Part shown: positions 41,973 to 53,100 of the stretch, piece by piece
Numbering within the stretch: the stretch's first letter is position 1
Layout of the letters: the number at the start of each line of letters is the position of its first letter
IMG/VR virus record: IMGVR_UViG_3300028275_000007
Length of the DNA stretch: 64,000 bases
Origin: a virus
Lineage: Duplodnaviria; Caudoviricetes
Strand: one strand, 5' to 3'
Notes under the pieces: model-generated
Told to the model about the DNA's origin: nothing
Seen by the model: the letters and a program-made list of their open reading frames with translations, nothing else
Databases searched by the model: none
Program-made: the position numbers and the translations under genes

Positions 41973-43727
41973 TTACAGGCCTGCTAGTTCTCTGACTCTT
42001 GCTAGTTCAGCCAATTCAGGATTTTGTTCTGTAGTCTGCTCAGGAGCCATTCTTTCAACAAATTTGCGAGCAACCTGCTCTGCCTGCTCACCAAACTTCT
42101 TGCCTACCATTGTGCAAACACCTTCTGGGCCTTTGGGGAATGTACCTGATTCTTGGTCGTAAAATGAATGAATGAATTCAGCTAATTCTTTAACGCCCAT
42201 CTTGCCCTCGTGTCTTTCTTCTGGATCATCGCTGGCCATTTGTGGTTCTTCTGCAGGTGCTGCTGCTGGAACTTCTGCCGGTTCTTCTGCAGGAACTTCT
42301 GCTGCTGCTGGTTCTTCAGCTGCGGCTGCTCCCATATCGCCAAAGTCTAATGACTCTAGTGCCTCTGGTGCATTTAATTCTAACCAACCTTGGATTTGAG
42401 GGCGGACGTCTGCATTTGCATCTTCCGCCGCTGTTGCCTTAATTCGTTTGTATAATTCTGGATCTTCAATTAGGCCTTTTAAACTTTCAATTGCGTTTGT
42501 GCCATCTGTACCTGCAGGAAATTCTTGTCCAACTAATTCTTGTAATTTTTGTAAGGCTGATTGTTGTTCTTCTGGATCTTCAGAAGTTATAGCAGACTCT
42601 TCTCCAAGACCCATTACCCAGTTTTCAAACTTGGCAAATGGATCATCTTGTGTCTGCTCAACTTCGATGTCTTCTTGCATATCTTCTTGTGTTAAAGCGA
42701 CTATGTCGTCGTAGCCTATAGTGTTTCCTTCTTTCATTAGTCTATATAAGACCGGAAATACTGATGCAATGTCTTCTTTAAATGATCGTACTGTAAATTT
42801 TTCTTTGAAATCTTCAACTACATCCTGCGGTACTTCTTCGCTGTCATATGCCTGGAAATTTTCTCTATATGCTTCGTAGTGACTTTGTTTTGCTAGGGCC
42901 TTAATTTGCTCGCGTAGGCTATTTAGGTATTGTGTAGAACGTTCAACCACTGAATTTGTTTCTGAATTCATTAGATCGTTACGAACAACATAACCACCAA
43001 AGCTCTTTAATTGAGCAATTTCTTCACTCATTTGAATAATACTTTTACCAATGTCGTCATAGGGTACACCACCGTTGGCCACGTGGCGTTGCATAGCACG
43101 AGCACCAGCTAGGTGGATGAAAGGATATTTAAATCTTTCACCGTCTTGATTTTCTACAAAAAGTGCTGCAATGTGTCTTGTTCGTGCGCCAGGTTGTTGA
43201 TCATCCATTACTGCTTGACTATGTTTGATAATCAATTTAGTATCCATTAAATTCTGGTAACTCATTAATCTGCTACCGTACATTGAGCTTTCTGCCATAA
43301 TGCTTTCTCCGACTGGTTTCTGTATTGTGTTTGGTTGTGTTTGCTTAGGTTGCGCATTTGCAGCTAAAAATTCATAATCTCTACGATCTAAATTATCCTT
43401 AGCAATATCTCTTGTGTCAAATGCTAATAGTCTGCGTTTAGCAAATTCACGTAATTCTCGCAAAAACTTATACCAATTACCTTTCTGATGATCATCCATA
43501 CCTTCGGCAATTCCGTGACTGAAGTATACCTTCATAGAATTTGGTTCTGCTAGGCTAACACTAACGTGACCCATCGGTGTTTGACCTTCCATATAATCAA
43601 AATCAAAGAATCTAGCTTCTTCAGGATTGATGGTAATTTGGCCTGTTTCAGCACCTAATTTTAGGTTCTTAAAACGGCTTCTAATTTTATAGAATAAATC
43701 TGTAGCGATATTGTTTCTTGCGTCCAT
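41973..43727 (-). CDS. large acidic late protein, possible head core/scaffold
   Basis: TAAATA-N5-ATG; acidic EEPAA repeats; C-terminal ELARVRELAGL. Confidence 0.75.
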   Translation of the reverse strand: MDARNNIATDLFYKIRSRFKNLKLGAETGQITINPEEARFFDFDYMEGQTPMGHVSVSLAEPNSMKVYFSHGIAEGMDDHQKGNWYKFLRELREFAKRRLLAFDTRDIAKDNLDRRDYEFLAANAQPKQTQPNTIQKPVGESIMAESSMYGSRLMSYQNLMDTKLIIKHSQAVMDDQQPGARTRHIAALFVENQDGERFKYPFIHLAGARAMQRHVANGGVPYDDIGKSIIQMSEEIAQLKSFGGYVVRNDLMNSETNSVVERSTQYLNSLREQIKALAKQSHYEAYRENFQAYDSEEVPQDVVEDFKEKFTVRSFKEDIASVFPVLYRLMKEGNTIGYDDIVALTQEDMQEDIEVEQTQDDPFAKFENWVMGLGEESAITSEDPEEQQSALQKLQELVGQEFPAGTDGTNAIESLKGLIEDPELYKRIKATAAEDANADVRPQIQGWLELNAPEALESLDFGDMGAAAAEEPAAAEVPAEEPAEVPAAAPAEEPQMASDDPEERHEGKMGVKELAEFIHSFYDQESGTFPKGPEGVCTMVGKKFGEQAEQVARKFVERMAPEQTTEQNPELAELARVRELAGL

Positions 43728-43738
43728 AGTTATATTTA

Positions 43739-45325
43739 TCAAAACCCGCTGCTTACAAAGATAGGCAGCGGCATAGATTCCTCTGTAATTTTTTCAGTCA
43801 TTTTTTCGTAAACTGTAGGATCCCAATCTGCTAGTACGTCTGCCATACGTATGATCAGTAACGTAGAGCTCACTAGGTCGTCGTGTTCTCCTGTTTTGGC
43901 CTTAAAACCAAGTCCGCTGGCAACATACGTTTTTAACTCAGAAATCAGCGGTTTAGATGTAATTGTCATCTTATTAGTTTCTAGTAAATTTTTAAACTGA
44001 GAACAAGCAGTAACTTTACTGCGATGTGTAGTATTAAATCCTTTACGGAATTTACGAACGTGTCCTTTACGTATAGGCTCACTTAAGAATAAACCAGGAA
44101 AGTTTTCTTCTCCTATGTCGTTAATAACAATAAGAGCGGCTTCACCTAGAGAATTATTTTCAACAGAATAATAAATTTGCGGAACACCGCCTTTTTCTTC
44201 TCCGCGTGATTGAATGTATTTCAATATTTCACGCATATGTTTGACCTGTTGCTGTACTGGAGTAGTATTATGATGCCATTCCGCTACCTGAGTCATTGAG
44301 GGCATTTCAAAAACCTGTATAGCACCGTAGTCACCGCCTGTACCTAGACTAGGATCTAGAGCAACAAGATATGTGCATCTAGAATCTATATCTTTATACC
44401 AACGTGTTTGACCCATGGTCATAGTTGGATCAATTCCCTCTAATGCTGCAAGTTTAACTGAATTGATTAGTGTTTCGTCGAAGATCAAGAACTCACATTC
44501 AAACTCTCGGCGGAAACGTTCTTCACCAATTTTAGCACGTTCGACAGAGGCCCAGGCATCGTCGCGTAACGGGTTTTCACGCCAGTGAGCAAAGAATGGA
44601 AAGAATCCGTTAGGTCCTAATTTTGTCTCGTTGCCGTACTCGTCAAAACGTTTATTAGCTTCAGTCCAGATAAGAGCAAACTGATCTTCGTCCGAGTTTG
44701 GTGTTGATGTAATCAGTGCTTTACCACCTGTAGCCAATGTAGGAGATAGGGCAGTCCAAAACTCTTTGGCCTTTTCAGGTGGTTGAACAAATGCAAACTC
44801 GTCACAGTATATTAATGATAAAGACTTACCACGACCGGTGTTTTCTGTTGTTGTGGTAGCTTGAATACGTGCTCCGTTATCGTATTCGATTGTGTTTCTA
44901 TTGTATGAATAAACACCAGCACGAATAAAGTCAGGTAAGTTTTCGTAACCAAAACGGTAACGATCCATAATGTCTTTAGCACCTTCATATTTGTGTGCGG
45001 CAATAAGAACTTGGCAGTCTGGAACAAACATTGTGTACCACAGCAGGTAAGCAACTGCACAGGTTGTTTTACCCATCTGACGCGGTAACATTGCAATACA
45101 TTGCTTGTTTTCGTGATAGGCCTGTATTAGTCTAACCTGATATTCATAAGGTTCAAAAGGTATGCTACCTCTAACCGGGTGTTGAATTTTAATAAAGTTT
45201 CTAGCAAAGTACAACGGCCCGTTTACAGGATCCATACACTTTTCAAGATGTTCTACTTCCTCAAGTGTATACCTGGTTTGAGCGTGAGCTTTCTTAACTA
45301 AATTACCGTCTAATGATTTTGCCAT
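43739..45325 (-). CDS. gp17: terminase large subunit
   Basis: PRQMGKTT; YCDEFAF; ITSTPN; LDPS; HDDLV. Confidence 0.95.
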   Translation of the reverse strand: MAKSLDGNLVKKAHAQTRYTLEEVEHLEKCMDPVNGPLYFARNFIKIQHPVRGSIPFEPYEYQVRLIQAYHENKQCIAMLPRQMGKTTCAVAYLLWYTMFVPDCQVLIAAHKYEGAKDIMDRYRFGYENLPDFIRAGVYSYNRNTIEYDNGARIQATTTTENTGRGKSLSLIYCDEFAFVQPPEKAKEFWTALSPTLATGGKALITSTPNSDEDQFALIWTEANKRFDEYGNETKLGPNGFFPFFAHWRENPLRDDAWASVERAKIGEERFRREFECEFLIFDETLINSVKLAALEGIDPTMTMGQTRWYKDIDSRCTYLVALDPSLGTGGDYGAIQVFEMPSMTQVAEWHHNTTPVQQQVKHMREILKYIQSRGEEKGGVPQIYYSVENNSLGEAALIVINDIGEENFPGLFLSEPIRKGHVRKFRKGFNTTHRSKVTACSQFKNLLETNKMTITSKPLISELKTYVASGLGFKAKTGEHDDLVSSTLLIIRMADVLADWDPTVYEKMTEKITEESMPLPIFVSSGF

Positions 45326-45339
45326 ACTATTATTTAATG

Positions 45340-45367
45340 AAAAAAATAGGGCCCGGAGGCCCTATTT
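45340..45367 (-). terminator. Rho-independent terminator
   Basis: AAATAGGGCC/GGCCCTATTT stem with a T run on the minus strand. Confidence 0.8.
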
Positions 45368-45381
45368 GAGTGTTTATACAA

Positions 45382-45831
45382 TTAAGCGAATGTTAAACCA
45401 GTTAACGCTACGTCTGTAATTGTGATGTCGTTTTCGGCAACACCTAACGCTGCACCGATGACATCTTCTAGGTTTTCGTAAGAACCGTCTGCGCTTCCCG
45501 ATGCTGCATATCCATTTCCTGCATCTGTTTTGTTAATATTAACTAATGCAACAAATTGGTTAGCACCAGATGCTGTTGGTTTACCAACATAATAAATTTC
45601 AGATAAAGACTGTAGGGCAAAAACTGCTTTAGCTAAATTACTGTTAGCTGCTGCGGGAGTTGTTGTAAAGTCAATTGTTGCAGAAACAACTTTAATTGCT
45701 TGTAATTTTGGAGTACCAAAACTAGTATATGGTCCAACGCCTGATGCGCCGTCACCTAATAATTTTCTTGCATTACTGTCGACGTTACCTGTTAAACCGC
45801 CACCTAATGCGTCGCCGTATAAATCTGCCAT
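45382..45831 (-). CDS. hypothetical virion protein
   Basis: 149 aa, Ala/Gly-rich, strongly biased codons, followed by a terminator. Confidence 0.7.
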   Translation of the reverse strand: MADLYGDALGGGLTGNVDSNARKLLGDGASGVGPYTSFGTPKLQAIKVVSATIDFTTTPAAANSNLAKAVFALQSLSEIYYVGKPTASGANQFVALVNINKTDAGNGYAASGSADGSYENLEDVIGAALGVAENDITITDVALTGLTFA

Positions 45832-46478
45832 TATTTCGCTCCTTTAGCTTCTTCTAATCTACGCAGTAATTCTGCTCTAATAGAAGCACGTAATTCTTCG
45901 CCTTCCATGGCCATTGGATTGTCGCCTTGACGATAGCTGTGTTTAACCATTTGTTTAGGTTTGTTTAAATCATTACCGTCCGGAATAGCTGCGCTAACAT
46001 CTTTAACTTCTGGCTCAGAACCTGGAACTGAATTTCCAAATGCTTCGTCTTCTTTATCTTCTTCGCCTTTTTCTTCAGGACCTTCTTCGCCGCCTACTTT
46101 TTCATCGTTGTCAGCATCCATATCAGGAAGCATTTTCAATGGGCCTTTGTCTAGATCGCCTAGACCGCCTAGCTTAGGCATACCGCCTTCTGGCTTGTCC
46201 ATTGGTTCAATTTCAATGTGTGGCATACCGCCCATTGGAGCAGCAGGCTTATCCATACCTGGGTTAACTGCCTTGATTAAAGATAATAGTTCTTCAATAT
46301 TATCTAAACCTTGTGCATTTAAGTTAACGCTCATACTTGGAGGAGGAGCATCTGGTTTACCCATATTGCCCATTGGGCTAGGAGGCATTTCTCCACACTC
46401 GTCTGTTACAACTGGAGCTGCCTCAACTGCTGGTTGATCAAGCTCTCTCATTCTTGCCATTAAATCATTAAAATTCAT
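45831..46478 (-). CDS. acidic Pro/Met-rich late protein, possible internal head protein
   Basis: GGGAG RBS; low complexity. Confidence 0.7.
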   Translation of the reverse strand: MNFNDLMARMRELDQPAVEAAPVVTDECGEMPPSPMGNMGKPDAPPPSMSVNLNAQGLDNIEELLSLIKAVNPGMDKPAAPMGGMPHIEIEPMDKPEGGMPKLGGLGDLDKGPLKMLPDMDADNDEKVGGEEGPEEKGEEDKEDEAFGNSVPGSEPEVKDVSAAIPDGNDLNKPKQMVKHSYRQGDNPMAMEGEELRASIRAELLRRLEEAKGAK

Positions 46479-46479
46479 A

Positions 46480-47028
46480 TTAACTCCCTAAGGCGCTCTT
46501 AACGCCTGCTTTGTCTTGTTTGGCCTTAGGCAGCTTGTATTCTGTCTGCACACCGTCTTTTTTGCGTTCCTTGGCGGCCTTTGCTAAATCTTTCAAGAAA
46601 CTTTTATTAAAATCATCGCCGAAGTAGTCTTTGTGCTTTACCTTATCGTTGTAAGGCTCTGCTAATACTGATTCACCACTTGGTTCCATATCCGCTGTAT
46701 TGTGTTCTACTTCGCCTGCATCACCACCGTTTCTGACTCTAAAATTAGATTCTGGAACAAAGTATTTTACGTGTTCTGCAAGCTCAGGAGCAGTAATTGG
46801 ATATTCGCATACTACTTCAAATGTGTGAACTTCAACATTGCTTAGTTCCGGAAAATCTAGTGGAGTTGCTTGAATAGGTGTTTTAGATTTTTCAATGATT
46901 GCTGGATTTGCTTTTCCGATGCAATCTTTGAGTTCTTTAACAAAATTTTCAGGCAATTCGCCTGCTACCTTTAATCTAAAAGGGTAGCTCTTTTTGCTTT
47001 CGGCAAGATATTCTTTAAAAGTTTTCAT
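46480..47028 (-). CDS. putative internal head protein (capsid-targeting-like N-terminus)
   Basis: MKTFKEYLAES closely resembles T4 CTS MKTYQEFIAE; TAAATA-N5-ATG. Confidence 0.7.
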   Translation of the reverse strand: MKTFKEYLAESKKSYPFRLKVAGELPENFVKELKDCIGKANPAIIEKSKTPIQATPLDFPELSNVEVHTFEVVCEYPITAPELAEHVKYFVPESNFRVRNGGDAGEVEHNTADMEPSGESVLAEPYNDKVKHKDYFGDDFNKSFLKDLAKAAKERKKDGVQTEYKLPKAKQDKAGVKSALGS

Positions 47029-47036
47029 AGTAGTAT

Positions 47037-47519
47037 TTATGCTTTTCCGCCTAATTTTTTCAGTAGCTCATTGCGGTCTGTGATCACATACCCTTGGCCG
47101 TTGATAACATCGTTTGGATCGTTACCCGCATCGTTATCAATTTTTAATTTTTTAAGTTGTAGGTCAACAGCTTTTAATTTCTTTTCAATTTTGTTAGTTT
47201 TAGCAGTAATAGCGTTGCCCATCATAGAACTAGCTACTTCAAAAATACGACTAGCATAACGTACTTCTACGTTCATACCTAAATCCATAAGATCGTCGTA
47301 GGCCTGCTCTGCTTTTTTAGCTAGGTTATCTAGCTCGTTTTCGTCTAGATTTTCTAATTCTTGTATCTGCGGCAACGTGCTGGTAATTTTAGCTACTTCA
47401 GCATAACTATCATCTAAACTTTTAACCTGCTCGTGGGTTGGAACAGGAGTAGTATCTTCAGCAGCCTTTACAGCCTCAGCTGAATCTAAGTTAAAGAGTT
47501 CTTCAAGTTTCTTGGTCAT
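47037..47519 (-). CDS. probable terminase small subunit (gp16-like)
   Basis: 160 aa; RYASRIFEVASSMM...KKLK..DLQLKK helical pattern like gp16; near terL. Confidence 0.55.
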   Translation of the reverse strand: MTKKLEELFNLDSAEAVKAAEDTTPVPTHEQVKSLDDSYAEVAKITSTLPQIQELENLDENELDNLAKKAEQAYDDLMDLGMNVEVRYASRIFEVASSMMGNAITAKTNKIEKKLKAVDLQLKKLKIDNDAGNDPNDVINGQGYVITDRNELLKKLGGKA

Positions 47520-47526
47520 ACTTTAC

Positions 47527-47967
47527 TTATTTCCGTTTGCCGCCTTGGTGAAAAATATCATTTTCACTAACTACTCGAAATCTAACACCCTGTTGTTTGC
47601 ACCATTTATTTGCTGCTTCCCATTTGGCCATATTCTTAACATACTGTTCTTGGTTGTACAAGCTCTTGCCAACTTTTTCTAAAATAGTATGATTGCTAGG
47701 TTTAACTTCTACTACTTCGGCGTGTTTACTGCCATTCTTGTCAACATAGACAATAAAGAAGTCTGGGACATAGATTGTGCTTTTTCCTGTTAAGGGATCT
47801 CTATAAGGTATTTGTATACTTTCACTGGCCCAATTTTGTACGCCAGGATGTTCGTCAAGCATTCGCATAAAAACAAATTCCCAACTACTACGTGCCAAAG
47901 GAGTTTTTTTCCCAACATACTTGTCAGGATTTTTCATTTCAAATCTTCCCTGTGCAAATTTTGCCAT
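47527..47967 (-). CDS. gp4: head completion nuclease (gp4, TnsA-like)
   Basis: GRF...NPDKY; RSSWE; WASE...IPY; YVPDF; EVKP; KWEAA. Confidence 0.9.
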   Translation of the reverse strand: MAKFAQGRFEMKNPDKYVGKKTPLARSSWEFVFMRMLDEHPGVQNWASESIQIPYRDPLTGKSTIYVPDFFIVYVDKNGSKHAEVVEVKPSNHTILEKVGKSLYNQEQYVKNMAKWEAANKWCKQQGVRFRVVSENDIFHQGGKRK

Positions 47968-48332
47968 TATGCTGCTATGTTTCTTATCTGAATAGGTTTG
48001 ACGTCAGTTGTTCTAAATCCTAGTATAGAAGTTGGTACTCGATTGTTGTTTAAAACTTCACCTACTATTTGATTTAATTCTAAATAATTAAAATTTTTTA
48101 AAGTATCTAATAATTGACCCACAGGAATCGAATCTATTTTGGCCTGCCTTAACAAAGTCATTGCAACTACATCGGCAGCATCTTTTGAAAATCCCGCAGA
48201 TTGAAAAAATGAATGTGCTAGGTCAATTTCCATTGACGAAAATTCCATCGGAGCTTCGCCATATCTTTCAAAAAATAGTTTTGTTCCGGCAGCACTATCT
48301 TCTACAACTTGACTGGGTAAATTTGTTGCCAT
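47967..48332 (-). CDS. hypothetical protein
   Basis: 121 aa in the late operon. Confidence 0.7.
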   Translation of the reverse strand: MATNLPSQVVEDSAAGTKLFFERYGEAPMEFSSMEIDLAHSFFQSAGFSKDAADVVAMTLLRQAKIDSIPVGQLLDTLKNFNYLELNQIVGEVLNNNRVPTSILGFRTTDVKPIQIRNIAA

Positions 48333-48333
48333 A

Positions 48334-49410
48334 TTAATTTCCTGTTAGATTTCTTTGTGATGCAGTAGTTGTATTTTCTGTTGATGCACTCTTTGGAAAT
48401 ATTGCGCCAACAACACCTCCAACTGTGGATACTGCTGATGAAATATTTCCAGGATTACTTAGAATATTAATTGCTTCAGATTTTAATTGTGCTGTAGATA
48501 ATTGTTTAACATTTTTGTATGTGTTAACTGCTTTGATAGCAGTACTCATAAATCCACCCCAACTATCAAATGCTGTTCCGTCACCTACTGCACCGAACAC
48601 TGATTCTAGTCCGTCTAGTACACCGCCTTCACCTGTTAGTGTGGCCACGCCTCCGCCGGCAACTGAGATAGGACTTGGTGTTGTATCGTAATGAAGATTT
48701 GCAAAACCTTTAGGATTATTGTATGACACAGTTCCTGCTGAATATTTTACAGCTTCGTATTCTAATGTCATTTGACTTTCATTAAATTCTGATGCAGAAT
48801 AGTCCATAGCACCGTGTTGCCAAGATTTGATTCTTGGATTCACTAGTGTATATCCGATGAATCGTCGTCGACTCATTGTGTATATACTCACTGAATTAAA
48901 AAATGGATCGGATACATCGTTATCTAAACCGTATCGGAATAGATCTAAATTAGTGTTTGCAGGTCGAAGATGTGTAGCTGAATATGCTGCATTAGGATTC
49001 AATCTATCAGCAATATAATAGCCATAGTATATTGCCCATAACGCATTAACTACTCCGTCACTGTCGTCGTGTAAGGATATATTAATTGGCTCGTAGTTAA
49101 TGCCTTTGTATACAAGTTTTTTTCTATTATATTGATTTTTAACAATAGAATCAAAATTAAATTTTGGTAAATCGCAAGACTTTACCAACATCCCAACTTC
49201 TTGAGAATTTTCATTTGACCATCCAGGAGACCTAATTGTATGTTTGTTTAAATCAAATCTAACATAGTATAAAAATTTAGTCTTGGGTGATAATCTAAAA
49301 GAATTATCAATGAATAGTCGTGTGGCGTGTTGCCAATTGGCTTGTTGTCCTTTGGGATTTAATAATCCTTCAGATACACCGGTAAGGAATCTAGTAAAGT
49401 AGTTGGCCAT
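48334..49410 (-). CDS. tail-tube-fold baseplate/tube initiator (gp54/gp48-like)
   Basis: VKSCDLPKF...YEPINISLHDD...LVNPRIKSW...MTLEYE; adjacent to gp19. Confidence 0.7.
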   Translation of the reverse strand: MANYFTRFLTGVSEGLLNPKGQQANWQHATRLFIDNSFRLSPKTKFLYYVRFDLNKHTIRSPGWSNENSQEVGMLVKSCDLPKFNFDSIVKNQYNRKKLVYKGINYEPINISLHDDSDGVVNALWAIYYGYYIADRLNPNAAYSATHLRPANTNLDLFRYGLDNDVSDPFFNSVSIYTMSRRRFIGYTLVNPRIKSWQHGAMDYSASEFNESQMTLEYEAVKYSAGTVSYNNPKGFANLHYDTTPSPISVAGGGVATLTGEGGVLDGLESVFGAVGDGTAFDSWGGFMSTAIKAVNTYKNVKQLSTAQLKSEAINILSNPGNISSAVSTVGGVVGAIFPKSASTENTTTASQRNLTGN

Positions 49411-49427
49411 ATTAATATTTATGCCAC

Positions 49428-49458
49428 AAAAAAAGCCCGGTTTAACCGAGCTCTTTTT
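49428..49458 (-). terminator. Rho-independent terminator after gp19
   Basis: AGCTCGG-ttaaa-CCGGGCT followed by T7 on the minus strand. Confidence 0.75.
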
Positions 49459-49471
49459 GAACTAACGTTAA

Positions 49472-50119
49472 TTAAGCGCCGCCTGTTGCGCCTGTTACAG
49501 CGTTTCCAATTGTACGTCCTACTGCTGCACCAATACCACCGATTGGGCTTGTTGCTGCTGCACCTGCTGCAAACTGTACTAAGTTATCGTAGGCAATTGT
49601 TAAAGCAACTGTCATATGTTCGTTAGTAGAGTAGTTAGCATCGCCGTAGTCTACGTTTTGTAGGAAGCAACCATACATTTCAAAAGTTTCTAATGTTTCT
49701 GGAGTTAATGTACCATTACCACCATCTAACACTTCGATACGTGTTGTAAATTTATAGTCAATACCTGAACGAGCGGATGCCTGTTCCATAAAGTCATATT
49801 GTTTCTGGATTTGTTGACCAACTAATTTCTGAACTTGACCGCTAGCATCATCACGTAATGTTAATGTTACGTTTTCTAATGTATGCTTGCCTGCAAGTTT
49901 CACCTTTGAGTTATAGATGTCTAGTGTCATTTCTTCAAATGAAACTTTTGGTCTAGTAACGTCTTGAACTTGCTTTGTCAATTCAGTTGCTGCTGCAACA
50001 CCAAATCCTAGCAATGTAACACGGAATCGATATTTCAACTTAGGCATTAGAAGCACCTGAGTGCTTCCTGCCTGATTAGTTGTTGGAATACCAAAATTGT
50101 TTAGTGATGTAATTGACAT
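49472..50119 (-). CDS. gp19: tail tube protein
   Basis: KYRFRV; RPKVSFE; AGKH..E.VTLTLRDD; follows the sheath gene. Confidence 0.85.
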   Translation of the reverse strand: MSITSLNNFGIPTTNQAGSTQVLLMPKLKYRFRVTLLGFGVAAATELTKQVQDVTRPKVSFEEMTLDIYNSKVKLAGKHTLENVTLTLRDDASGQVQKLVGQQIQKQYDFMEQASARSGIDYKFTTRIEVLDGGNGTLTPETLETFEMYGCFLQNVDYGDANYSTNEHMTVALTIAYDNLVQFAAGAAATSPIGGIGAAVGRTIGNAVTGATGGA

Positions 50120-50121
50120 TT

Positions 50122-53100
50122 TTAAATCTCTCCTGTGTTCTTGACACGTAATGGGATGTAAATGAATTCAACAGCCTTAACTGGTTCAATTGCAATGTCA
50201 ACATATAGTTCATTACGATCGATTCTGCTAGGAGTGTTGTTGCTTTCATCACAAACAACTGCGAAGTCATAAATTGCTCTCAAACCTACCAACTCTAATA
50301 ACAAACTTTCTGCTGCCTGTTTGATCTCATCACGTGTGATCTTGTCATTTGGTTCAAAAATGTATGGACGAGCTAGTTTGTTCAACTGGCTGCGTAGGTA
50401 TACAACTAAACGTGCTACGTTGATTCTGTCTAATGCAGAAGCATTTCTTGCACGAGTCTTTTGACCATATGCAACTAAACCTACACCATTAAAGAATGGA
50501 ATTGGGTTAATCTTTAGATCATATAGTGTATCACGTTGACCTTCGTTTAGAGCTACGGTCTGGAATTCACCTGTCATTGCGTCAATATAACCAACTGCTG
50601 TTGCGTTAGTAATACCACCGCGTCTTGTACCTGCTGGAGCAAACCAAGGATAACTTACGTTGTCACTTAGTGCGATTGTTTTCAACATCATATGTGATGC
50701 TGGAACAACTGCGCCTGCACCGCTTAGGTCTGTTGTGTAACCGTTTGGATAGTAAGTTGCTAGATATTCGTCATATGTAACAATACCATCATCACCGTTG
50801 TCTGTTACTAGGTTAGCGTTAGTACCCCAAGTTGTTAGGCTTGTTGCATCTGCTGCTAAACGCAATGGTGTGTCACCAATTACAAAAGCTGTAATTCCAC
50901 GGTCAATGTTTAAGTTAACTAGGTTGCTCATTAGCTCAGGATATCCTGGGCAAGCAATCAAGTTAAAGTTGCGACGTTCTGTATCACGGATTTCGCTGCT
51001 TGTATCAACAACACTCTTAAGAGCTTGTGTAACAACCTTACGTTGTGCGTGACGACCAAATGTACCAGAACCGTCTTCGTTATTACCAGATGCTGTCACC
51101 CAACGATCTGTCCAATACGCTTCCATTGACAAACCAGAACCGCTTACAAATGCACTACCTGCTAGGGTAGCTGTACTTGTTCTTGGGTTATCGCTAGCTG
51201 TATCAATGTAACCGTTCATATATTTCTTAACGTTTCCGCCGCTTCTGCGTAGATTCCATAGCAACATACCTTTTGGATATAGTGCTGGATCTGGAGCGTC
51301 TGGATCTAAGAAGTTATTCTGCAATAGGTCTTCGATAGTAGACATTGCATTTGTTGTGCCTGTTGTGTTCCAACGTGCATCAGCAAACAAGATACCCTCT
51401 TCTGTTGTTTGATCAGTTTTATCAACTAATTCCCAACGTTGAGAAACATCCGCAATATCAGTTAGATTATTATTAAATCTGTAGATAGTTGGGAAGTTTT
51501 CCATATCGGCTGTGCTGATCCATAGGTCACCTGTTTGTGTGCTGCCTGCTTGATATGGATTGCTAGCTGAAACTAGTGGAGCATAACCAATTCTTGTTGA
51601 TGTCGCGCTTTCTGCGTACTGAGCAGAAGCGTGTCTATAACCAACCCAAGTTGCGCCATTGTGTACCATAACGTCAACTTCTGAGAAGTTAGGGTTGTAC
51701 CACATTTGTCCATCTTGTGGCTCATTTAATGGAGCATCACCGCTTGCTGCAAATCTTGGATTGCTTGCTGCCAATGGCATCCAACCAGAAGCTAGATAAT
51801 CATATCCTGCGGCTGATTGAGCTTCATATAAGTTTTCAGTTCCAGATAATGTGTTGATACTATAAGGTGTAAACAATCCACCAATTGGGCTACCTGTTCC
51901 GTCTGTTAGACTGAAATCTCCGCCTAGTTTGTGTGAAATAACCAACTTAGCTGAGGTTGAACTTACTGTTGTTACAGAAGCTACAATGTTGGTAAATCCT
52001 GCTGCGTTAATTGCTGTTGCAATTGCATCAGCATCTTCGCTGTTGCCAGCTGCTGAGAAATTAATTGTAACTGCTGTGTCTAAAGTTGCTTGTCCTTTTA
52101 ATGATTCTGCTAGATCAAAACTGTATGGGCCGGCAGCTAGTGTGCTGTCTTTAATAACTGCTGATGTAATGCTTGTTACAGCATTTGCAGAAACGTTTCT
52201 TTTCCATACTCTAAATTCAGCAGTTTCTGGAGTTGCATCAAATCCAGCAGCTTCTGTAGCATTTGATTGTACAAATAAAGAATCTTTGGAAATATTTGCA
52301 CCACCGCCACTACGATCTAGATAATAGTTTGCTGCACCAGTTGATGTGTGGATTGGAGCTTCGTATGATGCCCAAGAAAGTGTTCCTGCGCTCCAACGCT
52401 TAACTCTCCAACGAGCGCCGTTGTTTGGTTCAGTTGTTTTAATCCATACAGAACCAGTTGGGTTTCCGCCGACTGTGCCAACGTTGTCAGAAATCTTAAA
52501 TGCTGGAACAGAAGTATGTGGAGTTTGTTGTAATGCTGGGCTCAAATAAGTACCAGCTGTGATACCCAATGTGCTCCAGTTTGCTGTACCATTTTCTAAT
52601 TTAACTGCACCGTCAGCACCAGTTGAATCGCCTGCATCACCGTCAGCAGCTGATGTGCCGTTAGAATAAATGTACAATCTGTTGTTAATTGCTTGAGCAC
52701 TTACACCAGTAATTGCTGCTGCATTAATGTTTGAAGCAATAGTAGCTACTGTTCCGCCAGCAATTAAACTGTTGTTAACATATAAGTTACCACTTATCGA
52801 ACCTGAATATGCTGAACCAGATGCTACTGGCCAACTTGCTTTCCAGTCTGTAGAACCTACTAGTACCCACTGACCTGCATCAACAGCGTCAACTCCGCCA
52901 GTCGAAGCTGGAGCACCAGCTGATTTAAAGTAAACTCTTGCAAACTCTTCGTTTGCACCAAATGATCCATCACCTGTAACGGTTTGGAAAACTACAGCGT
53001 AGTCACCAATTGCACCAACTGATGTTTTTGGAGCATTGTTAGAAATTTTTGCTGTATCTGCGTCGGTTAATACTAATGGAACTTTGTTTGTAAATTTCTG

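Noticed and set aside
41973-43727. Portal protein (gp20) expected after terminase
   Set aside because: No gp20 motifs recognised; composition is acidic and low-complexity.
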